A stretch of 64,000 nucleotides of DNA, taken from IMG/VR virus record IMGVR_UViG_3300002123_000001, one strand, 5' to 3'. How positions within the stretch are numbered: the stretch's first letter is position 1; each line of letters opens with the position of its first letter. The translations under genes were made by a program, and so were the position numbers. This DNA comes from a virus. This document shows positions 25,537 to 34,446 of this stretch, in pieces. The notes under the pieces were generated by a model. It ran no database searches and was not told the origin of the DNA. It was given only the letters and a program-made list of their open reading frames with translations.

Positions 25537-25845
25537 ATGGCAGATCTAAGGACGCACAACTACCTCGTGACCTCAAACCAGGTAGTACCGATGGACCGTC
25601 TCTACAACGCAGTCATTGCGCTCGAGGCGGCCCGCTCTACCCTCACCACCTACGGTGAAGATGGAGCAGCCGCCGCCCTTCGTGGGCTCGAGGTCTACTC
25701 GATCGAGTCCGCTGAAGTCGCTCTGGACGCTGTGCGTCATGCACCGGTGCGTACCCTCGAGGGTAGAATGGCGCTGGTAGATGCCGCGTACGCGCTGGAG
25801 TTTGCCGCTTCACGGCATTCCACCAAGATGCGCGCAGTAGCCTGA
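25537..25845 (+). CDS. hypothetical protein, 102 aa
   Basis: ATG ORF with good codon bias; no SD. Confidence 0.6.
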   Translation: MADLRTHNYLVTSNQVVPMDRLYNAVIALEAARSTLTTYGEDGAAAALRGLEVYSIESAEVALDAVRHAPVRTLEGRMALVDAAYALEFAASRHSTKMRAVA

Positions 25846-25851
25846 ACAGGC

Positions 25852-25908
25852 TGAAAACCTCACGTTGAACAGGGGATAAAACCTCTGGAGGGAGACGCGC
25901 CGTCTCCC
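25852..25908 (+). promoter_or_regulatory. P8, cassette promoter motif plus 5' leader hairpin
   Basis: TGAAAA 25852-25857, N17, GATAAA 25875-25880, 4 nt, CTGGAGG 25885-25891; GGGAGACG-CGC-CGTCTCCC 25890-25908. Confidence 0.55.
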
Positions 25909-25927
25909 GAACAACAGGAGGTGCATA

Positions 25928-26650
25928 GTGCGTGCATGGTACGTGACGATGGACGTCGCATCCCCGGGGATGCGGCTGAAGGAGGACGACTCGGGCGCCT
26001 GGACCATCGGTCCTGGCGTTCCAGTCGTAGGGCATGAGCACGTGCTCGAGCAGCTTCGGGAGTACCGAAGTACGCTCGAGCAGAGGGCTGCCGACTCCGT
26101 TGGCTTCATCCCCTCTCTGGATGTGAGGACCACGTCGGGGCACATTGACCCGACTCGTTGGATCTCCCCGCAGCAAGCGACCCGCATGCTGCGGGACGTC
26201 AAGATGAGAGGATGGCCGATAGGGGACGTACACCTGGACAGGAGCGACGAGGGGCGCCTGTGGGTACCGGTACACCCCATGCGGGGAAGGGACACAGGCG
26301 AGTGCCTACTCCACGTGGCCCCGGTGGCTGCAGACCCCGAATCGGTGCAGTTCTACTGCCCCGATGGTGTCTCGAAGGAGGTGCCAGACTCGAAGAATGG
26401 CGGGGTCAAAGTCATCAGGGAGTTCGACCCCGGGTTCGGGGCGGGTTGCACCGTCCTGAGCGCAACCAGCACGGCCTTCGGGCCGGAGCTGCTGGTGAAG
26501 ATGTCCCGGGGCGCCAGCTTCAGGATAACGAGGGGGTTCGACGAAACGAATCCCGAAGACCCGGTCGAGACGGTGGTGATCTGGACGGGAGGAGCCATCA
26601 AGCTCCAGCCATCCAAACGGGGTCTACCCCGCGCCTCAGCCGCCGCCTGA
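25928..26650 (+). CDS. hypothetical protein, 240 aa
   Basis: GTG 25928 six nt after AGGAGG. Confidence 0.7.
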   Translation: MRAWYVTMDVASPGMRLKEDDSGAWTIGPGVPVVGHEHVLEQLREYRSTLEQRAADSVGFIPSLDVRTTSGHIDPTRWISPQQATRMLRDVKMRGWPIGDVHLDRSDEGRLWVPVHPMRGRDTGECLLHVAPVAADPESVQFYCPDGVSKEVPDSKNGGVKVIREFDPGFGAGCTVLSATSTAFGPELLVKMSRGASFRITRGFDETNPEDPVETVVIWTGGAIKLQPSKRGLPRASAAA

Positions 26651-26944
26651 AATCCCACGGTCCCTGCCCTGCCTCTCTAGGCGGGGCGGGGGCTTGGGCG
26701 CTTCTTCAACTACCTCTGCTTTCTTCACCTTGAGGATGCTGTTGACGTAGTTCTTGACTGCCGTCGCGCACCCCTCGCACAGAACAGAGAAGGACCCGAT
26801 GCGGCTGCCGTCTGGGTCCCCAGGGTTGTCCAGATGAAGCTCCAGGCTGGGGGCAATAGGCAGCACCTGACCCTCCGTGTACTCGGCGTAGCTCACGGCG
26901 TGGCAACGATCGCACTCCACCCTGACGACCAGCTTGTTAGCCAC
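26636..26944 (-). CDS. zinc-ribbon protein, 102 aa
   Basis: GTG 26944 overlapping upstream TAA (GTGGCTAA); CDRC...CEGC. Confidence 0.6.
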   Translation of the reverse strand: MANKLVVRVECDRCHAVSYAEYTEGQVLPIAPSLELHLDNPGDPDGSRIGSFSVLCEGCATAVKNYVNSILKVKKAEVVEEAPKPPPRLERQGRDRGISGGG

Positions 26945-27185
26945 CCGAGTTCCCCTTTGCGGGCGCATTGCGTGGTCCGACGCCGAGCTTGTACGCCAGG
27001 TAGGTCTTGATGAGTGCACGCTCATGCCCTGACAGGGGTACTCCCACCATGGCGTCGTTGCCCGGATCCCAGTTCTTCAAGACGCGCTGTTGGTACGCGT
27101 CGAAGCCGTTGATGTCCGCGTCGACCGCCTGCTCCGTGGTCAGCCCTTGAGCCTTCGCTAGCTCTGAAACGTTGGTGGAGATCAT
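26937..27185 (-). CDS. hypothetical protein, 82 aa
   Basis: ATG 27185 in ATGA overlap with upstream stop. Confidence 0.6.
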   Translation of the reverse strand: MISTNVSELAKAQGLTTEQAVDADINGFDAYQQRVLKNWDPGNDAMVGVPLSGHERALIKTYLAYKLGVGPRNAPAKGNSGG

Positions 27186-27415
27186 AGCTTCTTGGTGGTG
27201 TAGGCATGCCCGCACGAGGGGCATGACATGATCTGCGTCGTCCCGTCCGCAGACACGCCAGGACGACAGATACCCCGGCAGCGTGTGCACCGAGCCTGTT
27301 GAACGGCGCCGTGAAGGACTGTGATGTCGCTACCCGGCAGCTTGTGCGCTGGCCGGTTCCTCGAGGCGCGAAGGTACTTCTCCGCTCCCGCTGGTGCGTT
27401 CCTGATCATGATCAT
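27182..27415 (-). CDS. zinc-ribbon protein, 77 aa
   Basis: ATG 27415; CTRCRGIC...CPSC. Confidence 0.55.
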   Translation of the reverse strand: MIMIRNAPAGAEKYLRASRNRPAHKLPGSDITVLHGAVQQARCTRCRGICRPGVSADGTTQIMSCPSCGHAYTTKKL

Positions 27416-27854
27416 CTTCCTTTCGGGGCGGCACATCACCGCCGAACACGAGCTCTTCTGCGTCTGCGGCGCTGATAAGCGTACCAGCTTCCTTCGCACT
27501 CGCTAGTTCCTTATCCCGCTCCTGCTGGATGAAGGCGTTGTACTGGTCGTAGTACAGCGCCCAGTGGATGCTTAGGTCCTCCAATGCCTGCGGACGTACC
27601 CTACCCCCGGTGGCGGCGCACATGTGCACGTCGTTGATCACCGCGCGCAGCACAGCCAGATGCCCATCCAGGTGGTGGATGGCGCCCGCATACACCTGGT
27701 GGTTGTGGTTGAACGCCTTCCGCATCTGCTCGTTAGCCGCCTTCAAGCCGGCCAGTTCAGCCTTCAGGGCATTGAGCTCACCCTGCGGTATGACGACCTT
27801 TCTTCCTCTTGACTCCTCGACTCGGCGCTGCTTGCGGTTGGGCTGATTGTTCAT
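27330..27854 (-). CDS. coiled-coil protein, 174 aa
   Basis: ATG 27854; LNALKAELAGLKAANEQMRKAF. Confidence 0.55.
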   Translation of the reverse strand: MNNQPNRKQRRVEESRGRKVVIPQGELNALKAELAGLKAANEQMRKAFNHNHQVYAGAIHHLDGHLAVLRAVINDVHMCAATGGRVRPQALEDLSIHWALYYDQYNAFIQQERDKELASAKEAGTLISAADAEELVFGGDVPPRKEDDHDQERTSGSGEVPSRLEEPASAQAAG

Positions 27855-28179
27855 CTTGTATCTTCGGTGGGTTGAGGACTCCAGGTAGCCGTGCAGATGG
27901 AGTGAGTACCTCCGGCCGGCGCACGAAGTCGAAGCAGTTGAGCTGGCGTTCGATGTCCAGTCGCCGTCCTTGGAGGTCTTGGATGAAGACCAAGATCTCC
28001 TCCTCCGGCACTGCAGCATCATCTCGCGGTAGGTCGTCGCTGTACATCACATCTTGCGGATCTTGAGAATCCGCTCCCAGGAAGCGCTCCTGGAGCAAGG
28101 CGATGGTGTGGGACAGTATCGCCTTGGTGCGCGCAAGATGGGCGTATGCTGGGTTTGTGCTTGTTAGACGCGTCGCCAT
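27778..28179 (-). CDS. hypothetical protein, 133 aa
   Basis: ATG 28179 in TGATG overlap. Confidence 0.55.
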   Translation of the reverse strand: MATRLTSTNPAYAHLARTKAILSHTIALLQERFLGADSQDPQDVMYSDDLPRDDAAVPEEEILVFIQDLQGRRLDIERQLNCFDFVRRPEVLTPSARLPGVLNPPKIQDEQSAQPQAAPSRGVKRKKGRHTAG

Positions 28180-28862
28180 CACATCCTCAGAAAGGCTAGG
28201 AACCTTCCGTAGAGGTCGGCTCCGTTCGATGCGTCCTTGATTATATTCCTCAAGGGGTACAAACGGGGAACCCGGCTGGATGGGCCGCGGATCTTACGAA
28301 GAACTTCTCCGCCCATGTTTCGCAGCTGCTCCTGAGCCGCGGCGTCTCTTACGTCCGCGTAGTTGTACTTCACGCGCACGTCAGCATCGTGGTCAAACTT
28401 CACGAACCAGTAGAGAAGAGCATCCGCCCAGTGCTGGATGGGCATGCGGTAGAACACCTCGGCGATCAGGTGCTCCGCCCTCCACAGCTGCTGGCAGGAG
28501 GGGCACACCACCATGTTCAACCCGTTGTAGCAATCTGGTATTGGACGCTCGCACTCGTTCACCTTGGACTTCTTGCCGGGGCAAACGTAGACCATGGCGT
28601 CCGCATCACCACCCAGCTGAGAGCCGCTCTCCCAGAAGTTGATGATGCCGTAGGTGGGGGTGTTGTCGATGTGGTGGTCCTTGCCGAAGTTGACCTCGAT
28701 CTTGTACTTCGCCTTCACCTCATCGGGGCGCTCTATCTTGTCGATCGCCTCCTTGACCTTGGCAACCTCTTGCTCCGTCAGCTTCTTCGAGACGTAATAG
28801 TCCTCGTTGATGAGACGAAACTCGTCGTCGCGGGGGCGCACCTTGGAGATTGAACCTCTCAT
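28179..28862 (-). CDS. hypothetical Cys-rich protein, 227 aa
   Basis: CPGKK..C..PIPDC...CPSC cluster. Confidence 0.7.
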   Translation of the reverse strand: MRGSISKVRPRDDEFRLINEDYYVSKKLTEQEVAKVKEAIDKIERPDEVKAKYKIEVNFGKDHHIDNTPTYGIINFWESGSQLGGDADAMVYVCPGKKSKVNECERPIPDCYNGLNMVVCPSCQQLWRAEHLIAEVFYRMPIQHWADALLYWFVKFDHDADVRVKYNYADVRDAAAQEQLRNMGGEVLRKIRGPSSRVPRLYPLRNIIKDASNGADLYGRFLAFLRM

Positions 28863-29362
28863 CGCCGAAAGAACTCCATAGCTGGGGAAGACTCGCCGCT
28901 TCCGGGTGTTGGTCGCGCTCCCTTGCCACGGGCTGCAGCTGCATTCCTTGAAGCGGTGGCGCCCGGGAGGTTCACCTCAGTGAGCTGCGCCGTAGCCTTA
29001 CGGGGAGCCTGCAGCTTAACCAGGCCCTTCAGATCAGCAAACGTCTTTGGCAGATCTCTCGACTTGAAGATCAACCTCCAGGCATACCGCATCTCTGCGT
29101 CGTCATCATCACCAAGCAAGAAGTAGAGCTTAGATGGGTCCAGGCTCCAATCAGACTTACGCTCCAACTGGCGCATCGCCTTTAGGAACTTAAGCCATTG
29201 TGCTCCGTTTGCTCCTGGGATCCTCGCCAAGATACGAACCTGGTTTCCATCAGGGCTCACGCTCACCTCTGCCGGCTCGAAACCGACAAGGGTGGACATC
29301 GCGTCGAAGAACGCCTTCATCCCATCGACGTGTGGGAACTCACCTTCTTCAGGGCTCGACAC
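28859..29362 (-). CDS. hypothetical protein, 167 aa
   Basis: ATGA overlap. Confidence 0.65.
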   Translation of the reverse strand: MSSPEEGEFPHVDGMKAFFDAMSTLVGFEPAEVSVSPDGNQVRILARIPGANGAQWLKFLKAMRQLERKSDWSLDPSKLYFLLGDDDDAEMRYAWRLIFKSRDLPKTFADLKGLVKLQAPRKATAQLTEVNLPGATASRNAAAARGKGARPTPGSGESSPAMEFFRR

Positions 29363-29858
29363 TGCCGCCTCCAGAGCTTGACGCCTCCAGGACCAGGAAC
29401 GCCTTCACGTCCCCGAAGAACAGCTCCTCGAAGGCGCTGAAGAACACCTTGGTGTTGCTGCCATCCTGCTCCTTGTAGATGAGGTAGCTCTCCCCGTTCA
29501 CCAGCAGGTCCGGGGAGTAGCTGCTCATCCATGGAAGGACGTAACGCTTGCCAAACGTGGGGCAGAAGGTGACAGACCTGCTGGCGCGGCTGCTGTCCTC
29601 CGGGTCGACAACCACTAGCCTGCCCTTCAACTGGCGCTCCGGTGTCAAATACAAACGTAGCAGGTCCAGGTCCGTCCTCTTCAGGCGCACCTGCTCTTCA
29701 CTGCTCAACGCTTCCTCGATTCCAGTCAGCGCCTCCTCCACACTTGTGTAGGGCTCCGCGTCCTCCTTGCTGCTGACGAAGCCCCAGTGATTGAGCTCAC
29801 GGAGCATCTCATCATCGATGAGTCCGGCGCGAATAGCGGCGAGTGCCACGGGTCTCAT
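29349..29858 (-). CDS. hypothetical protein, 169 aa
   Basis: ATGA overlap upstream. Confidence 0.65.
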   Translation of the reverse strand: MRPVALAAIRAGLIDDEMLRELNHWGFVSSKEDAEPYTSVEEALTGIEEALSSEEQVRLKRTDLDLLRLYLTPERQLKGRLVVVDPEDSSRASRSVTFCPTFGKRYVLPWMSSYSPDLLVNGESYLIYKEQDGSNTKVFFSAFEELFFGDVKAFLVLEASSSGGGSVEP

Positions 29859-30427
29859 AGAATCTCTACCTCCTCACCAGACAACACCTTCTGCATGGGA
29901 ATGTCAGCCTTCAACGACAGCCTTGTGTCCATGAGCGACGTGGTCCTACCCATGCCAGCGCACAGAACGATAACGGTGTCCGGAATCTGCCGGTCCGTAT
30001 AAAGCGTGAACCCCAACAGGCGGTCTCTTGTTGCTAGCTCCACGCCTGTTGAGAAGAAGTACCAAGACCACAGCGTTGTCCTTGCTCCCACCACGAATGC
30101 AATGGGGGATAGGTCTTGGTTGCACACCACATCCAGCATTCCGGTAAGCACCGTGGACGCGCTCATCCTGCTGGAGAATAGATGCTCTCGTACCATGCTG
30201 TTGCGGATTACGTGGTACGGGTGGATGTGCTCGAAGTCGACGTTGAGGTTCTTCTCCTCTTCGCCGTTGAGAACCATGCGCCTGTACGTGATCTGCCCCT
30301 GCGCGTCGATCACTATGCGCTGTACGTGTGACAGCGTAAGCAGCTCCGAGATGGCGTAGAGAAACCCGTCCTTCCCTGTGTTCTTCGGGACGGAGATGGT
30401 CCTCTGTACCTCCTTGAACTCGGCCAT
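29855..30427 (-). CDS. hypothetical protein, 190 aa
   Basis: ATG ORF; contains EHIHPYHVIRNS (only a partial JAMM-like pattern). Confidence 0.65.
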   Translation of the reverse strand: MAEFKEVQRTISVPKNTGKDGFLYAISELLTLSHVQRIVIDAQGQITYRRMVLNGEEEKNLNVDFEHIHPYHVIRNSMVREHLFSSRMSASTVLTGMLDVVCNQDLSPIAFVVGARTTLWSWYFFSTGVELATRDRLLGFTLYTDRQIPDTVIVLCAGMGRTTSLMDTRLSLKADIPMQKVLSGEEVEIL

Positions 30428-30606
30428 CAGAACTGCCTAGCCTCATGCTCCTTCTTCTCCTTCTCCAGCAGCTTGAGGAAGAAGCTGCGAACTAGACGGG
30501 ACAAGCACACGTCATTCCTCTCGGCGTACGCCTTCATTTCTTCCTTCAGCGACTCGTCGATGCGCAAGTACAACCGGTCGGTGCTAGTGCGGTTAGTCTC
30601 GGGCAT
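30427..30606 (-). CDS. ribbon-helix-helix (CopG/Arc-like) DNA-binding protein, 59 aa
   Basis: Not in ORF track; MPETNRTSTDRLYLRIDESLKEEMKAYAERNDVCLSRLVRSFFLKLLEKE = strand-helix-helix pattern. Confidence 0.6.
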   Translation of the reverse strand: MPETNRTSTDRLYLRIDESLKEEMKAYAERNDVCLSRLVRSFFLKLLEKEKKEHEARQF

Positions 30607-30856
30607 CTTTCACCGCCTGGATGGCGCACAGGTAATCCCGAAGACCCTCAATCTTGAACTCCTCTACGAGGAACAAGATGATTGCCTCGTCCACAGATTG
30701 AAGCAGCTCTTCGCTAATCGACTGCCCCACGGCGATGGGGATGATCTGCTCCTCCAGCCGCTTCTTCAACGGAGAGTTCATCCCGATGAACGTGGGCAGC
30801 CAGGTCCAGTTCAGCTCGAGAACGCCTTCACTTTCGATCCACACGACAAGATGCAT
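30593..30856 (-). CDS. hypothetical protein, 87 aa
   Basis: ATG ORF. Confidence 0.6.
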   Translation of the reverse strand: MHLVVWIESEGVLELNWTWLPTFIGMNSPLKKRLEEQIIPIAVGQSISEELLQSVDEAIILFLVEEFKIEGLRDYLCAIQAVKDARD

Positions 30857-31206
30857 CAGACAAGCTCCACTTGGGGGTCACCTTCCTCGATTACGAAGAG
30901 AATGTCACGCTCGTGAATCAGCGCATGACCGTCGGGCATGCGAGGACGAAGCGCTTCTCCTTGGCTGGTGTCCAAAACCCCAGCAGGGAAGCACACGCGC
31001 TCCCCCGGCTGAACCTGGGTACGGTAGTGCACCTGCCGATTCTCCGACGCCAGCGGCAGGATGCACCCGGGCCCCACACGAACGACGGTTCCCTTACGGA
31101 ACATCCGAGGGAGGACCACGAACAGCCCTCCCGGCGTCTGCCGCGTATCTTCGCCGTCGTCCAAGCGCACTAGGACGCGCTCACCTAGCGGCCGCACCGA
31201 CCTCAC
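30856..31206 (-). CDS. GroES-like co-chaperonin, 116 aa
   Basis: GTG 31206 six nt after GGAGG; VRPLGERVLVRLDDGEDTRQTPGGLFVV...GTVVRVGPG...VQPGERVCF follows the Cpn10 pattern. Confidence 0.6.
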   Translation of the reverse strand: MRSVRPLGERVLVRLDDGEDTRQTPGGLFVVLPRMFRKGTVVRVGPGCILPLASENRQVHYRTQVQPGERVCFPAGVLDTSQGEALRPRMPDGHALIHERDILFVIEEGDPQVELV

Positions 31207-31591
31207 TGGCGACCTCCGACGCGGCAGAGTCGAACACGTCGACCTCATCCTTCTTGGGGAGGTTCTGCTTCTTCTGCGACTCCTCGTTGATGACGTCCAT
31301 CACCAGCTTCTTGAACTGGGCACGGAACCGCTTCATCACGTCGGCAGCGAGCTGCTTCTTCACGACGCCGAAGGTCGCTGCCCACGTCTCCGAGTCCTTG
31401 GCCTGGTACACCGTGTCCCCCATGATGAAGAAGACATCGTTGTGCGCATTCCCGGATTCGTCGAACCACTGCAGCGGGCACATGAAGCCCAAAGCGCTCT
31501 GACCAACGGTCAGAGGCTCACCGCTGACGCCTTCTGGGCGCAGCTGACTGGCTGGGATACGTACTGGACCTTTTCCTCCGTAGCTCATCAC
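31181..31591 (-). CDS. hypothetical protein, 136 aa
   Basis: ATGA overlap upstream. Confidence 0.65.
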   Translation of the reverse strand: MMSYGGKGPVRIPASQLRPEGVSGEPLTVGQSALGFMCPLQWFDESGNAHNDVFFIMGDTVYQAKDSETWAATFGVVKKQLAADVMKRFRAQFKKLVMDVINEESQKKQNLPKKDEVDVFDSAASEVASEVGAAAR

Positions 31592-32316
31592 GCCTCCTTA
31601 CACGCTCGATGCTGCTGTAGCAGCCATTCCAGGTCCCCGCGGGAAATCCACGGGCCGTTGGTGTTCCACACCCGGTTCAAGAAGAACCGCTCGGCTTTGC
31701 TGTCAAGCAGGGCCTGAACGCTGATGGAGGCCCACCGCGCGAACGCCATCCTGAACGCGAGCTGTGTGCCCGCCGGGGCGTCGTCGATCAAGTCGATGGG
31801 AAGCCACCCGTCTGACTTGTTGTCGCCGGCGTTTATACGCCACCCTTGCTTCTCCCCGTACGCCAGCCCACGCCAGTCGCCAGTGATGGGATCGAGCACG
31901 TACCCGTTCTTCATGTCCAGGTACACGATCTCCCCAAACTTGCCCACCTGCCGTGCGGTCTCCTGAGAGAGCACGCGAATGACCGTGTCCCCAACCACGG
32001 GGTGTGGGTTGTAGGACATCGTCCGGTACGCGTCCAACGGGTTGTCTCGGATCAGCCTGATGAGGTCTGGCGCCAGCTGCATCGGGAGAATGTCTTCACG
32101 CTCCGTGCGCTGGAACAGCACCACCTTGATGTCCGTGTGCTCGTTCAGGACCTTGTGCAGAAGAGCCACGATGTCCTTGAACACCATCTGGATGAAGCAA
32201 ATGACCTCCTGGCCCTTGCTCTCCCCTTCCGTGAAGAGCACCAGCCTACCTTCGTAGGGGTACTCACCGCGGAGCTCTTCATGGAGTCTCTTGTAGAACA
32301 GCACCAGCTTCTTCAT
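31588..32316 (-). CDS. hypothetical protein, 242 aa
   Basis: ATG ORF. Confidence 0.7.
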   Translation of the reverse strand: MKKLVLFYKRLHEELRGEYPYEGRLVLFTEGESKGQEVICFIQMVFKDIVALLHKVLNEHTDIKVVLFQRTEREDILPMQLAPDLIRLIRDNPLDAYRTMSYNPHPVVGDTVIRVLSQETARQVGKFGEIVYLDMKNGYVLDPITGDWRGLAYGEKQGWRINAGDNKSDGWLPIDLIDDAPAGTQLAFRMAFARWASISVQALLDSKAERFFLNRVWNTNGPWISRGDLEWLLQQHRACKEA

Positions 32317-32743
32317 GATCCCTCGGTCGAGTTATGCGGTAAACGGTGACACCAAAGCCACCAGGTGCGAGGTAGAGCCGACTTCCGTCCTTGAAGGTAA
32401 CGCTCCTGAGTTCGCTATGCGGGGTGCCCGGGATGTCCGACACATCCACCGAGGACACCTCGCACGACTTGAACAGATCTCGTACTCTGGCGGCCGGGCA
32501 CTCACGCTCTTCAGCTCTCCCAAGCTGTGAAAGCATCATGTGCGCCTCATGGGGGGTCACCACTCGCGCGTTGGTGCTGGCGGCGTCTTCGACTTCCGGG
32601 CTGTGGTATCCGACCGCTCCAGTGCACCACGGGCAGTTGTAGATGGAATCCCGGTCTGGGTTGTTGGCGAAGAGATCGTCAATCTCTTTCGCAGGGCCGC
32701 GCACAAGAAGGGCCTGGCCGCATTGCTTGCACTGAATGCGCAT
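32279..32743 (-). CDS. zinc-ribbon protein, 154 aa
   Basis: CKQCG...CPWC at N-terminus. Confidence 0.65.
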   Translation of the reverse strand: MRIQCKQCGQALLVRGPAKEIDDLFANNPDRDSIYNCPWCTGAVGYHSPEVEDAASTNARVVTPHEAHMMLSQLGRAEERECPAARVRDLFKSCEVSSVDVSDIPGTPHSELRSVTFKDGSRLYLAPGGFGVTVYRITRPRDHEEAGAVLQETP

Positions 32744-33342
32744 CAGAACTGCCGGGCTCCGTCGTCATCGTCGTCATCGTCGGCTGCGGTCCGCTCTCCA
32801 GGATCTGGTTCATCCTGAGCAGCGACGTACGGGTTCCCGTGGTCATCGACGGACACGCGTGGGCCACCTGGGCTATCCACGCTCGCTGGGATGAGCTTCC
32901 CAGCCTGCTCTCTGCTGGCCTCGGTCGGTGTGCCCAACACCGTGGCCCAGTTCTCATCCGTGAACTCTCGGTCTATCCCGTCCACCAGGTTGCGCAGTAG
33001 GTGTAGCGGAAGCACGGGGTTGATGTTCCCCAGCGACTGAAGGGCGAGCTTGTAGTTGAGCGCCAGCGTCTCCTCCGGTAGGTGCATCCACTCGACCATG
33101 GTGTTCTCCTCGTCCACCTCCGGAGGCGGTTGAGGAGCCACGCGAACCGGTTCAGGTACCTCAACAGGCGGCGTAGGAGTTACATCCTGCGCAACATCCT
33201 GGATGTACTTGAGAAGCTCATCCGTGGCACCCACGTGAAACTCCAACCCGTTCGGGAGTTCGAAGGTGACAGCCTCTGGCATGTGCGTGCCAAGGCGCAG
33301 ATCGTGGATGTACGTGATCTTGGTGAGCGTCGCTTGAATCAT
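32743..33342 (-). CDS. hypothetical protein with poly-Asp tail, 199 aa
   Basis: ATG ORF. Confidence 0.7.
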   Translation of the reverse strand: MIQATLTKITYIHDLRLGTHMPEAVTFELPNGLEFHVGATDELLKYIQDVAQDVTPTPPVEVPEPVRVAPQPPPEVDEENTMVEWMHLPEETLALNYKLALQSLGNINPVLPLHLLRNLVDGIDREFTDENWATVLGTPTEASREQAGKLIPASVDSPGGPRVSVDDHGNPYVAAQDEPDPGERTAADDDDDDDGARQF

Positions 33343-33617
33343 GACTTCCCCGGAATGGCTGGGCGAGGGATGCTCGCCTCACGTGCTACGTCGGCTTCTC
33401 TGTTCCTTCTGTCAGTGAGCTCTTTGCGCACAGCCCCGCCGAGCACGACCACTCCGCGGCCGGTCTGCTCCAGGGATCGAAGCAGCACGCAATGCTGCTG
33501 AGCGGGCTCCAGGTAGGGGCTCTCCTCTTTTGGAATCCCCTGGTAGCAGATGCAGTCCCCGCTACACACGCGCCCATGATCTAGGAAGCAGAAGACCTGC
33601 TCGGACTCATCAGCCAT
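33339..33617 (-). CDS. small Cys-containing protein, 92 aa
   Basis: ATG 33617 (MADESEQ...), 8-nt overlap upstream; CSGDCIC. Confidence 0.55.
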   Translation of the reverse strand: MADESEQVFCFLDHGRVCSGDCICYQGIPKEESPYLEPAQQHCVLLRSLEQTGRGVVVLGGAVRKELTDRRNREADVAREASIPRPAIPGKS

Positions 33618-34026
33618 TGCGCTTCTCCTTGTCGAGCAGCTCGCGCTCCTCGATGACTGCCCTGAACAACCCGCGGGCCATCGCTGCGATGTATCGCGTG
33701 GCCAACTTGACGTCAGCGCGCCCGCTGTCATCCACAGGTACGAACCCCCACCTGGTGAGGAACCGAACAAGCCCTGTGGCCATCAAGGGGTTGCTGAACA
33801 GACCACGCAGGTCTGCAACCAGCGTGGCGGCTACCCCGTCGTCACCACCGAACATGTGGTCGAACGGCATGATCACGAGGCGGTCTTGAGGTCCTGCCCA
33901 GGAGCACACCCGGCACCGCGCGTCTCCCCCCTCGAGGGGAGAGAAGTCCACGGCGGAGCTCCCGCATTGAGGGCACATACGCACCCTCTTTTGCGGACTC
34001 AGGTCACCTACTTCCATCTTTTGCAT
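33610..34026 (-). CDS. zinc-ribbon protein, 138 aa
   Basis: CPQCG...CRVC. Confidence 0.65.
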   Translation of the reverse strand: MQKMEVGDLSPQKRVRMCPQCGSSAVDFSPLEGGDARCRVCSWAGPQDRLVIMPFDHMFGGDDGVAATLVADLRGLFSNPLMATGLVRFLTRWGFVPVDDSGRADVKLATRYIAAMARGLFRAVIEERELLDKEKRNG

Positions 34027-34402
34027 CCCCTAGCTTTCGGTATAGAGCGCTTGCCCTGCCACTATCAACCTCCGCCACACGGCGCACCATCTTGCTCTTG
34101 ATTCGGTGCATCTGCGCGGACGGTGTCACCTTCAATGGGCCTTGGCCGATCCATTCCTTCAAGAGCTGCTTGGTCACGTCCTCCCGCTTCTTCTTCTTCG
34201 ACTCCAGACCTGGGAAGGCCGTCTTCATGTAGTCGTCGAACGCCTTGACTCCTTCGTTCTTGGCATCAGCGCTGTCGACACCCACCGTCAGCATGATCTG
34301 AGCCAGCGCCCTGAACCGTGCGTGCTCAATGGTTTCTAGTCGGTCCAACACCAGGATGAGGACCCACTCTTGAAGGGACCCACGAGGGGGTGGTGCCTGC
34401 AT
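34004..34402 (-). CDS. hypothetical protein, 132 aa
   Basis: First ATG after upstream stop. Confidence 0.55.
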   Translation of the reverse strand: MQAPPPRGSLQEWVLILVLDRLETIEHARFRALAQIMLTVGVDSADAKNEGVKAFDDYMKTAFPGLESKKKKREDVTKQLLKEWIGQGPLKVTPSAQMHRIKSKMVRRVAEVDSGRASALYRKLGDAKDGSR

Positions 34403-34446
34403 GGTACGAAGGAGCAGCTGCGCCTTGTACCAGCCTTCAGGAGTGT

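Noticed and set aside
29855-30427. JAB/MPN metalloprotease call from EHIHPYHVIRNSMVRE
   Set aside because: The H-x-H-x7-S spacing fits, but the final Asp is Arg and the upstream Glu is far too close. That is too weak without a profile search.
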